Positions 13,046 to 25,556 of a stretch of 64,000 nucleotides of DNA are shown one piece after another. Position numbers and translations under genes: made by a program. The stretch is taken from assembly GCA_964187785.1 (NCBI GenBank), contig OZ076418.1, forward strand, positions 14,384,001 through 14,448,000. The letters are read 5' to 3'. Positions within the stretch are counted from its first letter, which is position 1. Each line of letters opens with the position of its first letter. Below the pieces are notes generated by a model. The model did no database searches and was not told where the DNA came from. It saw only the letters and a list, made by a program, of their open reading frames with translations. This DNA is from Amphiscolops sp. MND2022 (taxonomy: Eukaryota).

Positions 13046-14154
13046 TGGTGACAGGACCTACCAAGAACATCCTGAGACAAAGCTCTACTAACTCTAACAC
13101 AACAAATACAATTGGACCACACGCAACAACTCTTCTCGAACATCCTGAAACATCAGACCCTGTCAGCCAAATTGCATTAGCAATTGAAAAACTGGCACGA
13201 AAAAACCCAGAACCCTCACTCTATCACCCGAAAAACACACTCACCGTTAACGGTAAATTAGAGAAAAATAAAAAGTTTGAATATTTTGAAGATCTTTTTC
13301 ACACCACACTCAAGATGCAACCTCATCTCACTGAAGAGATGAAAATAAACCATTTTCACGCCCATCTCAGAGGACTGGCGTTAAAAACCTTCAAAAACAT
13401 ACAACGCACACCTACCACAACACTTAAAGACATCTTGGTAGTCTTCCGCAGAAGGTATGACAAGCCTGAATCTAGTGCTTCAGCCAAACATAGATTCAAC
13501 AGGCTTATGTTCCAACCCGAAAACCAGAAGCTGCCTGACTTTCTTGAAGATTTACAAGAGAGTGCTGAAAAAGCATTTGGGGAAGCAGCGCCACAGATGA
13601 TCGAAAGTCTCATATACGCAAAAATGCCTCCCCATCTAAAGAAATCAATCAACCAAGCGTACCTTGAGAATGGTACCTACGACCAAATTGTACGACACTT
13701 AGAACGCGGAATGGAATTCAATGGACTCGAAGCAGATGAGCCCTTAGTCAAAACACAAATGACAGCTGTAAAACAGCAAACTAACACACAAAACAATAAA
13801 AGTTCGACACAAAACACAAAACCTAAAACCAAAACTCCCAACACAGTTCCCAACAACACTCTACAAAACAACCAATGTCGTTATTGCAAAGAAGAAGGTC
13901 ACATGGCGAAGGAATGCCCAAAACTTGCAAAACGGCAAAAACTCGATAACGATCCAGACGCACCACGATGCTCCCATTGTAACACTACAGGACATGAAGA
14001 ACCCAACTGTTACTTTGGAGCTAACATGGAAAATTGTCCACCTAAATGGACACTGACGGAAAATCAAAAAAAACTCATTGAAGAGTATAAAAAATCAAAC
14101 AAACCCATCAACCCACGAAACACGAAACCTTCAACATCGAAGGATTTAAACTAA
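12485..14154 (+). CDS. gag: E1 Gag with two CCHC knuckles; ATG inside the LTR; 2-nt insertion near 12707 frameshifts this copy
   Basis: ATG 12485 (MENKRNRR); ORF 12721-14154 has FEDLFHTTLKMQP, CRYCKEEGHMAKEC and CSHCNTTGHEEPNC. The 3' LTR copy of the N-terminus is in one frame. Confidence 0.93.
13046..13056 (+). other. E1 primer-binding site, tRNA-Leu type
   Basis: TGGTGACAGGA directly after the LTR end; absent after the 3' LTR. Confidence 0.88.
14145..14154 (+). promoter_or_regulatory. Gag-pol -1 ribosomal frameshift site T TTA AAC followed by the gag stop
   Basis: X XXY YYZ heptamer in gag frame; the -1 frame is open from 14145 into the pol ORF at 14607 (154 codons checked by hand). Confidence 0.8.
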
Positions 14155-17100
14155 TAAAGCCACGCCTTCAAACAGAAACACCACAAAAACAACACTCTAC
14201 TGATGACTGGCAGCATCAGTTCAGCCCCAAACCAACAAAAATCACAGTCTTCGATCATAAAACCAACAAAAACGACTCTCACACTACAGACACATCAACT
14301 ACAACTCCAGATATTCAAACGGAGGATCTATATGACCTACTCAAGGATGCTCCTGATAACTACATCCTACGACAAATCTTTGAACCTGCAACCGAAACAG
14401 AAACACAAAATCAACACCCTAACACCTCACAACCTCAAGAAACACAAACCGACCACATAAACACACAATCCACATCAACAACTCAAACCGACAAAGACAT
14501 CACCTCAGAATTAACCAAAACTCTCTTTTGTGCATCACCTGGAAAACAACCCCTCCTTGATAATGATGTTTTCAATCATCTAACTACAGATGAAGTCAAT
14601 AACATCATGTATTTGAACCTTTCTACAAACCTTACACTAAAAAAACGTCATATGTACTATTTCCCAATGGATTTCGAAAAACAAACCCTGGATGGACTCA
14701 TAGATACAGGTGCCTTAACAAGCGCGATTTCAGAAGCTGATCTTAATAAAATCAAACTCTTATCAAATGAAGCAATCAAAGACACTGGACCAGCACCTAA
14801 CTTCCAAATTATGGTGGCAAACGGTCAACTTGAACGCCCCATTGGAACCGTCCTCCTCGAATTCGAGGTAGCAGACTTCCAATTTCAAGAGAATTTCATA
14901 GTAATGAAGACACTACCAAACCCACTTATTGGCCTGTGCTTCCTACAAAGACACAACGCTCTTTTCGATATTCGACAAGGAATTATTACCTTCCCATACT
15001 TGTCAATGCAACTGCGTCCCGAACACACAATAAACACCCGAACAGCAACACCCTTGCTGACTGAAACCACTTATACCCTACATACTGGAGAAACTCTTGC
15101 AATCTCCAGCAAAATGCCACACTTGATAGACCACAATGCAACAGGAATTGTTACTCCGTCATCACACATGGAGGAACATGAGAGCATTTTCATTACCTCA
15201 TCATTAAGCACAATCAACAACAACGCAGTGGGTTACCAAGTGATCAATTTCTCGGATATGCCCTACACCCTTCCAGTGGACACACATATGGCAGATTTCC
15301 GAGTCCTCACACCAGAACAAATCAAACACATCAAACCAGTTGATCCATCAACCCTCACCTTCATGATGCATCAACATATAGAGAACACCGACCTTTACCT
15401 CAATCAACTGATGAAAACAAACCAATCATCTAATGAAATAGAAACGTACTGGTTCCCGACACCTGAGCAACCCGGGGATCCAAAAACATACACACCCATA
15501 AAAAAACGAATTTACGACGAACTACTGGAGCTCAAACAACTTGAACAATTGAACCCAAACGACAACGCACAATCTAGAAAGCAATTCCTTGACCATTTCG
15601 ACTGGACCGACACTACCCTAAGCCCATTCGAAAAACAACACATTGAAGACATTCTGGTGCAATACCATGATATCTTTGCCAGACATCGATTTGATATTGG
15701 CATCAATAGAGAATTTAAGGTTAAATTGACTCCGAATGATGATAGGCCTGCCTACAGTCAAAGTCTCCCTACACCAATCAACCTCAAGGACGACATAACT
15801 GTTGAACTAGCCCTACTTCATCGTTATGGTATCATCACAACTTTACCTTTCTCTAAGTACGCAAGCCCTATTTTCGCCCAGAGAAATCCAAATGGACGCC
15901 TTCGTCTCCTGGTAGATCTGCGCAAAATCAACAACCTCATCACGCAAGATTATGTAAACAACAACCACCCAATTAGCACATTGTCAGATGCTGCACAGCA
16001 CATGGCCGGAAAGAAGCTTTTTTGCAAACTCGACTGCTCACAAGCATACCATTGTTTGAAGATGGCCGACTACCAGCCAATACAAATGCTAGCTTTCAAC
16101 TTCGCAAGCCGAACCTTTGCATACAGACGTCTTGCTCAAGGTCTTAGTCGTTCATTATCCGCCTTCTCTTCCTTCATGAGAGAATATCTAGACAAAGCCA
16201 TCAAGGCTGATCAGTGTGCACAATACGTTGATGACATTGGTATAGCTGCGAACGATTCAACACAACTCTGCATCAACATCAAAACAGTCTTTGAATGCAT
16301 CAGAAATGCAGGACATAAACTTACAATGGCTAAATGCCATTTTGGTGTCAAACAAGTCGACTTTTTGGGACGAACAATAACCCCACAAGGAGTCGCACCA
16401 CAAACCGAGAAAGTCAAACAATTTCTTCAAAAACTCAAATTCCCAAAATCCAAAAAAGCCCTTCAAAAGTATATTGGATTCCTTAACTTTTACCAAAACT
16501 ACATCCCTCGTTTATCAGAAAAACTGTCGCCTTTCTTCAAACTACTCAAAGAAACATCACAATTTTGCATACCAAACACCGTTTTGGACACATTTAAAGA
16601 ACTAAACCAACAACTGGAGAAACCATGCAACCTTGCTCTCAAACAACCACTACAGAACAAACAACTCATTCTGATGACAGCGGCCGGTTTCGCCATCATG
16701 ATTGAAGATGATCCCAACCAAAAACTCCAATCTCGAAGGAAAACCTACGCCCCGATTGCGTTTGGCTCAAAAACGTTCAACCCAACACAACTCAAAATGT
16801 CCATTTACGCAAAAGAATTCTTAGCAATTTATTTCGCGTTTTCCGAATTTGGACACCTAATGTGGGGAAGTATCTTCCCTGTTATAGTTTTCACAGACAA
16901 CCGTTCAGTAACACGCTTCTTCCAAACAAAAATAATACCACCACCCCTCTGGAACGCCTGTGACTATGTACTGCAATATAACTTCGTCATAGCACACGTT
17001 GCAGGAGCTATGAACACAGCTGCCGAATTCCTTTCAAGAGCGGAAGTACACCCGACTGAAAAACTCGAAATGAACATCCGAAATGATGTTGCAACCAAAT

Positions 17101-19122
17101 CAATCGAAGTCATTATTCAGTCCACAGGAGTTGCTGAGGAAGAAACTCTCTACATCCTTCCGGACGAATCCCCCACGGAACAGCAATTGTGGGAAGAGAA
17201 AAACACAATACGCTCTATGGCAAGAACGGAAACCCACAATGATCCAGAAAGCGAAGTGTCAGAACTCCAAACTTTCCATAAACCCACAGCGGGCACAATC
17301 AATTACCGCGAAGAACACTTCAAAGACAACACCAAAAGCCGCTTGGAACAAAACAATGACCAAGTACTACACAATCTCCGATATAAACTTGAAGGTGAAC
17401 CCTACGACGAAACAGAGTTTACGCAAGATTATCGCTACAAACACTATTTACAAATTATTACCAGAATTGAAATCAAACAAGATGTCCTAACACGAAGATA
17501 CTGCAATGATACTGGGATGATATCACATTACCAGATACTTTAACCAAAACAACTACTAGATGAATTCCTTCATGCATTTCATGGACATAACGCAAATCAT
17601 CCTGGAATAACAAAGATGATCCAAGAAGCCCGGCAGAAATATTACTATCCCTGCATAGCCAAATACATTCGAACTTGGGTCACAAAATGCCAAATATGCA
17701 TACAAAACAAACGGATCAATAATGACCTCCTCAAAACCGAACTACTAAAATGTTCTGAATGGGACCTAGGTCCGGAAGATATATTGCAGATGGATATCCT
17801 TCCGAACCTTCCGCCAAGTGGAGGTTACAACAATATAATCACAGCAATAGACGTGTTTTCACGCTATCTGTTTGCATATCCAGTTACAAGAATTACTGCC
17901 CCAGCAGTAGCAAAACTCATTATGGATATCTTGTGCAAACACACATATCTACCCACAACAATCATTACAGATATGGGCACTCAATTCAACTCACAGGTTA
18001 CTAAAGAAGTTGCAGCAGTTCTAAACATAGAACTCAAACACGCAACGACAAAACATGCCCAAGCAATTGGACTATTAGAACGTACCCATGCATCGGTTAA
18101 AGCGCATCTTAAAGCAGCCACTGGAGAATTCAGAAACAACTGGCATAAGTTTCTGCCATTGGCAGTCCTGAACCATAATACAACCTACCATGCAACACTT
18201 GGTTGCGAACCTACACGGGTCTTCCATGGAAGAATACCGCACAATAAACTTGATTTCAAACTTGGGTACAATCCAAACCCTAGATTTCAACCCCAAACTG
18301 AGGTAGCAGAAGAGGTACAAAGACGGATTGCATTACTTCATGACCAAACAAAAAAAAACATTAGGCAATCTTACCTCAGATATAAAGCATACTACGACAG
18401 GAAAACAAAAGCAGCACCTCTTACAACAGGGGACTATTGCTTTATCTTGAATCCGAAAGCAGACACACATGCGACCAAAATACCCTTCAGAGATTTCCGC
18501 TGGGTTGGTCCTTATAAAGTCGAAAAAGTCCTACCAAATAACAATTACATTGTCCGTCGATTGGGCACAAACAAAACCCAATTGCTTCATCGTATACGAC
18601 TACGTATATACATTCCACAAGCACCTCTAGCTGACAATTCTGTCAGAGAGTCTGAATGGCAAAAAGAAGATACACTTATTGCTCAAGATGACCTATATGC
18701 CCACACTTGGGACACAAACTTTGGATCGAGCCCATTTGACACTGACTATGAAATTAATGATCAGCAAGAAGATATGGTAGAATACGAACCTGCTTCTCAA
18801 CCTGGAATAAACCGCCCTCCCTCCCCCCGATAATTCTCAAAACAGTGGGGGGACCCGAGCAGAACAACCTGCTGTGACCGACAAAGAACCCCAGATAATT
18901 GATAAAGCCATTACAAGAAATGAAAATCAAGAGCCCATACCAGAAATTCCAAGAAATCCAGAAACTTCCCAAGAAACCCCAACCCAAAATTCACCAAAAA
19001 CTCCCGAAAATAACCCAGAAATTGATGCACAAGAAACACAAAAAACAGTTAACACGAGAGGTGAAAAGTACAACTTACGCCCGAACCCTAACCCTAACTA
19101 CTCAGACTCATACAGATACTAA
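14145..19122 (+). pseudogene. pol: E1 Pol (protease, RT, RNase H, integrase), disrupted
   Basis: LIDTGA; YVDD; RNase H lacks the TDAS aspartate (LMT-AAGF; E2 has LMTDASFGAAGY); stop/frameshift near 17543-17616; integrase HHCC and QMDILP...ITDMGTQF...LLERTH; C-terminus RGEKYNLRPNP in ORF 18874-19122. Confidence 0.95.
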
Positions 19123-19458
19123 AACAGACAAAATCAAGAGACTCAAAGACTTTAACTAAATACAGTCTCTGTTTGTCTTTTGCTCTCACATCTTTTCTCT
19201 TCATTTTTTCTTTCCCAATCAGTTACTTCGGTAACCGTTTCGAGAATTGATTTACTGGAATCAACAATACTAACTAAACCAAATCAGGTGTAATCAACCT
19301 GAAGCAAAGCAAACAAAGTATACAAAGAACAAAGCAACAAATAAATGGTATACAAGCAACATCGCAATCTATGGAAACAGTAACAACTAGACGTCTCTCA
19401 TTTACCACCGGGAGATGGTCTCTTCTTTATAGACAGTTTCTTCGCAGACTTAGTCTGA

Positions 19459-22400
19459 TCAGGGGCAGAAACGGAACCTCGCTGACAAAGCGCGGAACAG
19501 CCAAAGTAGCAGTAGCCAATTGCAGAGTCTGATCGAAACCTCTTGATGACCCACCGGAAGGCCCAACCGGGATTGGCCCTGGAACAGCAAACTTCGAACT
19601 GGGTAGAGGAGTCTTGGGCGATTTACTAGTAGAAGAAGTGACCCGATGAGTTGGCGAAGAAGAAGTTGAACCAGAAGGTTTAGGATCAACATCCAGAGAA
19701 GTCCATGCCCTTTCTTCATTAGTAACCGTGCAGGTGAAACGGGACTCAAATTTATTCTGTAGTCGTCGTCGGTGAGATGAGCAACTGGAACTAACGTCCC
19801 AAACAGAATAATCGGGATTTTCCAGCAAACTCCTCCCTTTTCCGAGCAAAGAAAAATAGGGGCAACAGTTCTAGGATTGGAAAATAACCCTAAAACGTTG
19901 GGAATGCCGACCAGAGAAGACTGAACACTCCTAACTGCAGAAGTAAAATCACAGTTGTCAGAAGCCAAGTCAGGTAATGCAACGGTGAAAACAGGTGGAA
20001 TGCAAATAGAGCTAGAAATTCCAAGACAACACAATTTGAATACAGAGAATAAATTGGTGCGACATTGGAGCTCATAATAACCGGACATGAAGGTAACCCA
20101 GTCTGTGTCGTACTGTACTTCGCAAGACCTGAACTTCTCAACAAAAGACCGGTACTCACTCAGGATGAGTGGCTTGATGGAACTCGATATCCAGTCCCGC
20201 TGTATGAGGAAATCGCACAATTGGTCTGATTCTTCTTCGTAGTCCTCCTCTCGCCCATGTAATATCACAGCTTCGTCGAAAACAGACATTCCTCGGATAA
20301 GCTTCGACTTGCGGATGCTGTGTTCCAGGAGCAAAGTACATAGACTTTTATAAAAACACAGTGCTTGTTCGACGAAATGGGTTGGCGTCGGTAGGTCACT
20401 CTTATTGACTAAGTCGGCAAAGTCTTTATTGCGAAGAAAATCAGTGACGCTTTTGAAAGGAAGATCTGAAGACAAGTCGATAGATAAGAATCGGTCCCAG
20501 TCAGAGATGTCCCCCAAGAAGGAATCTGGCAAGATAGTCTGGAGCTGACTATACACAAATGTGGCGTAGGAGCTGTAGAGTCGGAAGCCGTCTGAGGCGA
20601 TCCCAGTGACTCCTTTGAAAGCCGATTGGTCTGAAGCAATTTTAGATTAAGAAAAGGAACCAGACATTAGAAGAATGGAAAGAATAGAAAAAGGCTAACA
20701 ATGAAGAAGCACATTCCGTACTAGAAACAACTTGGCGGGATAAGTCTTGTCTTTAAATATCGTCTCATCCAAACTTTTGGGCTGAAACATCAAAGATTGA
20801 CCATTAAAACTATGTTAGAACAACGATATCTGGAATTTCGAAAACGATAATTACCTCTTTCATGTGGTATTTGAAAGCCTTGATCCGGTCAGTGAGACGG
20901 AGATGAGCAACCACATGATGCCAATTCTGGTACAGTTTTCCAAGAAGAATAGCGCACTTGTCATAACTGTATTCGAAGCTACAGATCGCCTAAAAGAACA
21001 AATTCATGCCTGTGAGAACTAATAGCATTGGAATTGAACTTAAGACATGACGCATTATGATGTCTTCCGAGTACAGTATAGAATGCTGAACACCATACAG
21101 CATAGGATATACGGATTAACCGTGAAACCAGCATAATTCAAGAAAAACAGTAGAAAAGAATAAATCACGCTGTTTTTGGAAGAAAACAGTATAAAAGGAA
21201 TAATTACGTCGATCCGGAAAGAAACAGCATAGAAGAAAAGTTCATGCGGTTTCCGGAAAGAAACAGCATAGAAGAAAAGTTCATGCGATTTTCAAAAGAA
21301 ACAGCATAGAAGAAAAGTTCATGCGATTTTCAGAAGAAAACAGCATAGAAGAAAAGTTCATGCGGTTTTCGGAAGAAAACAGCACAAAGAAGCATCCATG
21401 CGGTCTCCGTAAAAGAGTCAGCATAGAAGACAGGTTTATGCGGTTTTGGAAGAAAACAGCATAAAAGAATACTCATGCGGTTTTCGAAAGAAAACTGCAT
21501 AAAGAAGCACCCATGCAGTTCCCGTAATGGAAGGGCATAGAAGATGTGATTATGCGGTTTTCGGAAAAGGTGGCATAAGGAAATACCCACACTGCAAACA
21601 GAATAAAAACATTTTAAAGATAAAATCTATGCAGTTTGCAGAAAACAATGACTATGCGGAGTAGCAGCATAATGAAACGAAGAAACTATGGTCAAGATCT
21701 AACAAAATATGCGGTAATATGCGGTTTTCTGAAGACGTCTTAGGAGTGTTAATTACAGCTAAAAAGGGACATAATATTGGTTAAACAATGCAAATGCTTA
21801 CTTCTCGAAGCTCCTGTAAGTTGTTGAGCCAAGCTGATCCCAAAGCTGTCCGGAGTTTCATCAAAAGAAACTGTAAAACGCTGTGTATTTCATAGCGGTC
21901 CAGGATTTTGATACATGGGCCTGCGAGCATTTTGTATAAATCTTCATAGCCGAAAGTAGCAACGATGCAAATGGGGGTGGATTGGTCCAACTCAGTAGTC
22001 CGTCCATCAAACCCGAGCAGAGAAAACACAGTTCGTGGATTACTTGTAACAGCAAGGAAAGAAGAGATGGCATCGAGGACTTTCGGAGCTGTTTGAAGAC
22101 TGTTGGGAAACTCGGAAAGGCCGAGACTATTGTACACATTCCCAGACCAGAAGGCCAAGTTGACCTGAGCAACTTTAGTCGAGGAAGTGAATTGAAGGGA
22201 ACACAAGCCTCGCTGACCAATAGATGTGGCAGAATATCGTAGTAACTCGTGAAACATGTAGACGAGTATTCCCTGTGAAACATATGAATTAAATGTATGG
22301 TAAATAGATGTCCAACTTAGTCAGATAACGAAAGATACTTACAAAAACACGTTCCTGTCTCCAGTCGTACTGCGGGAATCTAGTGGGCCCCTGATCGTCG

Positions 22401-23597
22401 ACATTCAAATTGGACAAGAGTGAAGTTAATAGGTCCAACTCTCCGCCGGATTGGAGTCCTAACAGGAGAAGCCTCATCTGGAAGCATGCAACTGATGAGG
22501 GATCAAGAATTTCTGTGTCTTTTGGCAACTCCCTCTGTCCTGGCAGCAGGTGACATTCGCCCAAAGTTGGAGTAATTGGAAACGTCTGCTCCGCTTTTTC
22601 TCGAGCTTCGTCTAGAGCAACTCCAGTTATCTCTCGCTCATTTTTGTCATAGAGTGGAAGTACGGCGTTTCTAATCTAATTCGGTGCTCTCGAACCAAGT
22701 GGGCATCGGTACGGTAGTGAGATAAAATTTCGAGTGATCCTTTCGTCTTTAGAGACAATTCTACTTGGCACACTCTACAGCGCCACTTGTGAGGATTCTC
22801 GTTCGGGTCAGCTGGACCTGTGACGAAGAATTTGAACACGGGATGTTTTTTATACATCTGAGCAGAAAGCTGCTTTCGGGGTCTTGGTCTTTTGCTAACC
22901 ACAACTTGTTCATCGGATGTTGTTTGAACCGGGTCAGAAGTTTCGATGTTGTATGAACGCCTGAGAGAGCGTCTTTCCCCGGAGATGTAATTGGAGTCCG
23001 TTCTGCGGCACTACGTCGTTGATTTGTCCGTGTGGATTCACCCCCAGAAGGGCCCGTAGTGGGTTCGGATCTTTCAACAGCGTGCGCAGACATTGATTGC
23101 TCAAGCTTTGTACTGACAAGAGTTTCAAGTCTCTGCTCCAGTGCCTCTAAGTCGGAACTTGTAACAAAATTGCCAAATTGTGTTACTGGAAGCGATTGAG
23201 CATTGGTAGCTGTTTCTCGGCTTTCTTGCTCGGTGGGGGCTGTTACTGCAAGTTGACCCAAGTAACGTGTGGTTGGGGAAGTTCGAGAAAGGGTCCCTTC
23301 CAACATAGGAGTAGTCGCCCGTGAGGAACATTCATCAAGTAGAGTTCTTCTCTCTCCTGCAGGAGCGTTTGGATTGGAACAATCGGGCTGCTCTCCAGTC
23401 ACATCAAGAATGAGATGAAGATTAGAATCGATGGAAGTGGCAAGGAAACTAACAGGTTCTTTGAGACTTGTCATGCTGTGGTCAAACGAGTGTTTGATCC
23501 CGTCTTGGTCAACAGTTACGTTAACAGTTTCACAGAAAGAACGCTCTGGTTCAGGGGTAGATTGATGAAGGGGAGCAACAGACGTCAAAACCGTCAA
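19459..23597 (-). pseudogene. E1 antisense cargo gene: five-exon BED-finger / hAT-transposase-like protein, frameshifted in exon 1 and near the 3' end
   Basis: Exons ~23597-22343, 22272-21802, 20989-20855, 20781-20700 and 20630-~19459. GT..AG introns 22273-22342, 20990-21801, 20782-20854 and 20631-20699 join frames with phases 0,0,0,1. WRCRVC...HYRTDAH finger; FKLCCL motif. Confidence 0.8.
21175..21580. repeat. ~39-bp minisatellite, about 10 degenerate copies, inside cargo intron 2
   Basis: Unit CCGGAAAGAAACAGCATAGAAGAAAAGTTCATGCGGTTT; CCGGAAAG recurs at 21214 and 21253. Confidence 0.9.
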
Positions 23598-24608
23598 TTC
23601 GTTCGAAGATGTTTGTCTCTGGTGAGAGGATTGAGAATCGGTATAGAAGGCGTGAAAGAACTAGAAACAGAAGGCGTGGCAGTTAACGAGAAGGCAAAAA
23701 AGCAAATGGATGACGTCAATAATGGCGTTTTCAGTGTATCTCAAATCTGATTGGTCGAGAGCAAGTACTCAGTTTGGCCATTTCTGAGAGGAATCCATAC
23801 CATATAAGGAAACTGACGGACTCTACGTATTAACACGCAACACACTGCTACAGTGAAAGTGCACTATGCTGTTCTGTATTGGAAACAGCATAATGGTCCA
23901 GCGCTATCGTGAACAACAATGTGTTATAGTATAGAGAAGAAAATGTAACAAGGAAGCATAATGAGATTATGCGGAATTAAAAGTGAAACTGCATAAAGTG
24001 TTTATGCGAAAAAATATCAAAGACAGCATGGTGAAGTAATAATGGAGATATGAGAAATTATGATGCATTATGATGTTTTCTGTAAGCAGTTTATAATGTG
24101 AATCACTACTAATACTGCTGATTTGAATATTACACATTTACAAGTGAAAGAATGAAATTCCACAATTTTGAGAAAGATGATTCATACAACAAAGTGTGAA
24201 ATCTTCACATGATGAATCTGAATGGACTACAACCGTAATGTATTTTGATGATGAGTAATTAAAATTCAGTTACCCTATATGGGGTAGCTACCGGCAATAT
24301 AAGAAAGAAACTCTGAAAATCAACAGTTTTTGATGATCAATTAAAGAAACTCGATGATGCTAGATTTCCATAAATTATTTGATAATTATCCAAAAACCCG
24401 GGAAAAGGGTAACGCGAAAATTTATTGGAGCAATTTTTATAAAACCCATAAACCTACAAAAATCTAGAAAACCTCACCAGTTTGGTCTCAAAGTTTCTGA
24501 AAACAGTTGATCTTCGCCTTACAACTTTCTAATCTTGTAGCAATTCTTGATTCAAAATTGTACAACAATCTGAACCGTTTATACCATTCGATTTGATAAA
24601 ACATAAAA

Positions 24609-25556
24609 ATGAACAGCACACCTGTGGGAAGAAACATTAACACGAGGGACCCAATGTTAATTGACACAGCATTGGACTTGATAAATATCTCCAGTAGCTC
24701 TGAGGAAGAATTTACGGTGGAACGTTTCTCCTTGCCCGAACTAGAAGATAGGTTCAGAGTTGCACCATCATCGATCTCGAACATGCCAACTGCTTTCATG
24801 GGGTCGGCAGCGGCCTCATTATTCGTAACCAATTTAGTTGATGCCAGGTCAACAGGATGTATAGACACAAGAGGAACGTCCATTGAAACTGAGCTGATGG
24901 ATCTACTGAACGACATACCGGATATTTCACCCACAACGTTCATCGATACCTCCGACGAAGAAATGAACCCCTTCCCAGAGGCTAATTTCGCGAATGTACA
25001 AAGGAACGCATATGGTCGCCCTACTCAGAGAGTGTGCCCTATGCCCAGACAGCAACAAGAGACACAACCTCCTAATGCCAACCTACCAACTATACCCAGC
25101 CAAACGAGCGCTTTTACAGCGTATACAGCACCACAGCAGAGAACAACTGACCCGAATCCTCGTCCTACACAGCAAGCACAGTATTTGCCGATGCCCATCC
25201 CGTTTTACCCTAATGCGTGGAACAATGTGGGATATGGGACATTGGGTCAAAATATGCAACCACCACCATCAAGCAACGTTCCCGCCCATAACGGAACCTT
25301 GTTGCAACTGAACCCTCCAGTCATGCCTGAGGTGGCGGGTTATTGCCCAGGTTGCACTAAAACTTATGACCAAATTGCAGTAGAGACATTGACGAACTAC
25401 GTTGCTTGGTCCGAGTATCCTGATGAAACAACCCGCGACAGAAACGTCAGATCAAGGGCTTTTGTGGACGGATTTGGAGCTGCGTTAATCTGCTTCAAAA
25501 ATGCTGGACTGTCGCCGGGCTTCCCCTGCGAGATGTCCGGAGTGCAGCATCGATGA
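24609..25556 (+). CDS. E1 ORF-X: 315-aa Ser/Pro/Gln-rich protein with a C-terminal CxxC domain, ending 47 nt inside the 3' LTR
   Basis: Open ORF; GYCPGCTKTYDQIAVE...RSRAFVDGFGAALICF aligns with E2 ORF 31454-31921. Confidence 0.75.
   Translation: MNSTPVGRNINTRDPMLIDTALDLINISSSSEEEFTVERFSLPELEDRFRVAPSSISNMPTAFMGSAAASLFVTNLVDARSTGCIDTRGTSIETELMDLLNDIPDISPTTFIDTSDEEMNPFPEANFANVQRNAYGRPTQRVCPMPRQQQETQPPNANLPTIPSQTSAFTAYTAPQQRTTDPNPRPTQQAQYLPMPIPFYPNAWNNVGYGTLGQNMQPPPSSNVPAHNGTLLQLNPPVMPEVAGYCPGCTKTYDQIAVETLTNYVAWSEYPDETTRDRNVRSRAFVDGFGAALICFKNAGLSPGFPCEMSGVQHR

Noticed and set aside
21175-21580. Regularly spaced ~39-bp repeats as a CRISPR array
   Set aside because: Units are contiguous degenerate tandem copies with no unique spacers; eukaryotic intron context; no cas genes.
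19459-23597. Cargo genes as independent hAT insertions
   Set aside because: Same position and orientation in three divergent elements, shared introns, and no TIR or 8-bp TSD seen around them.
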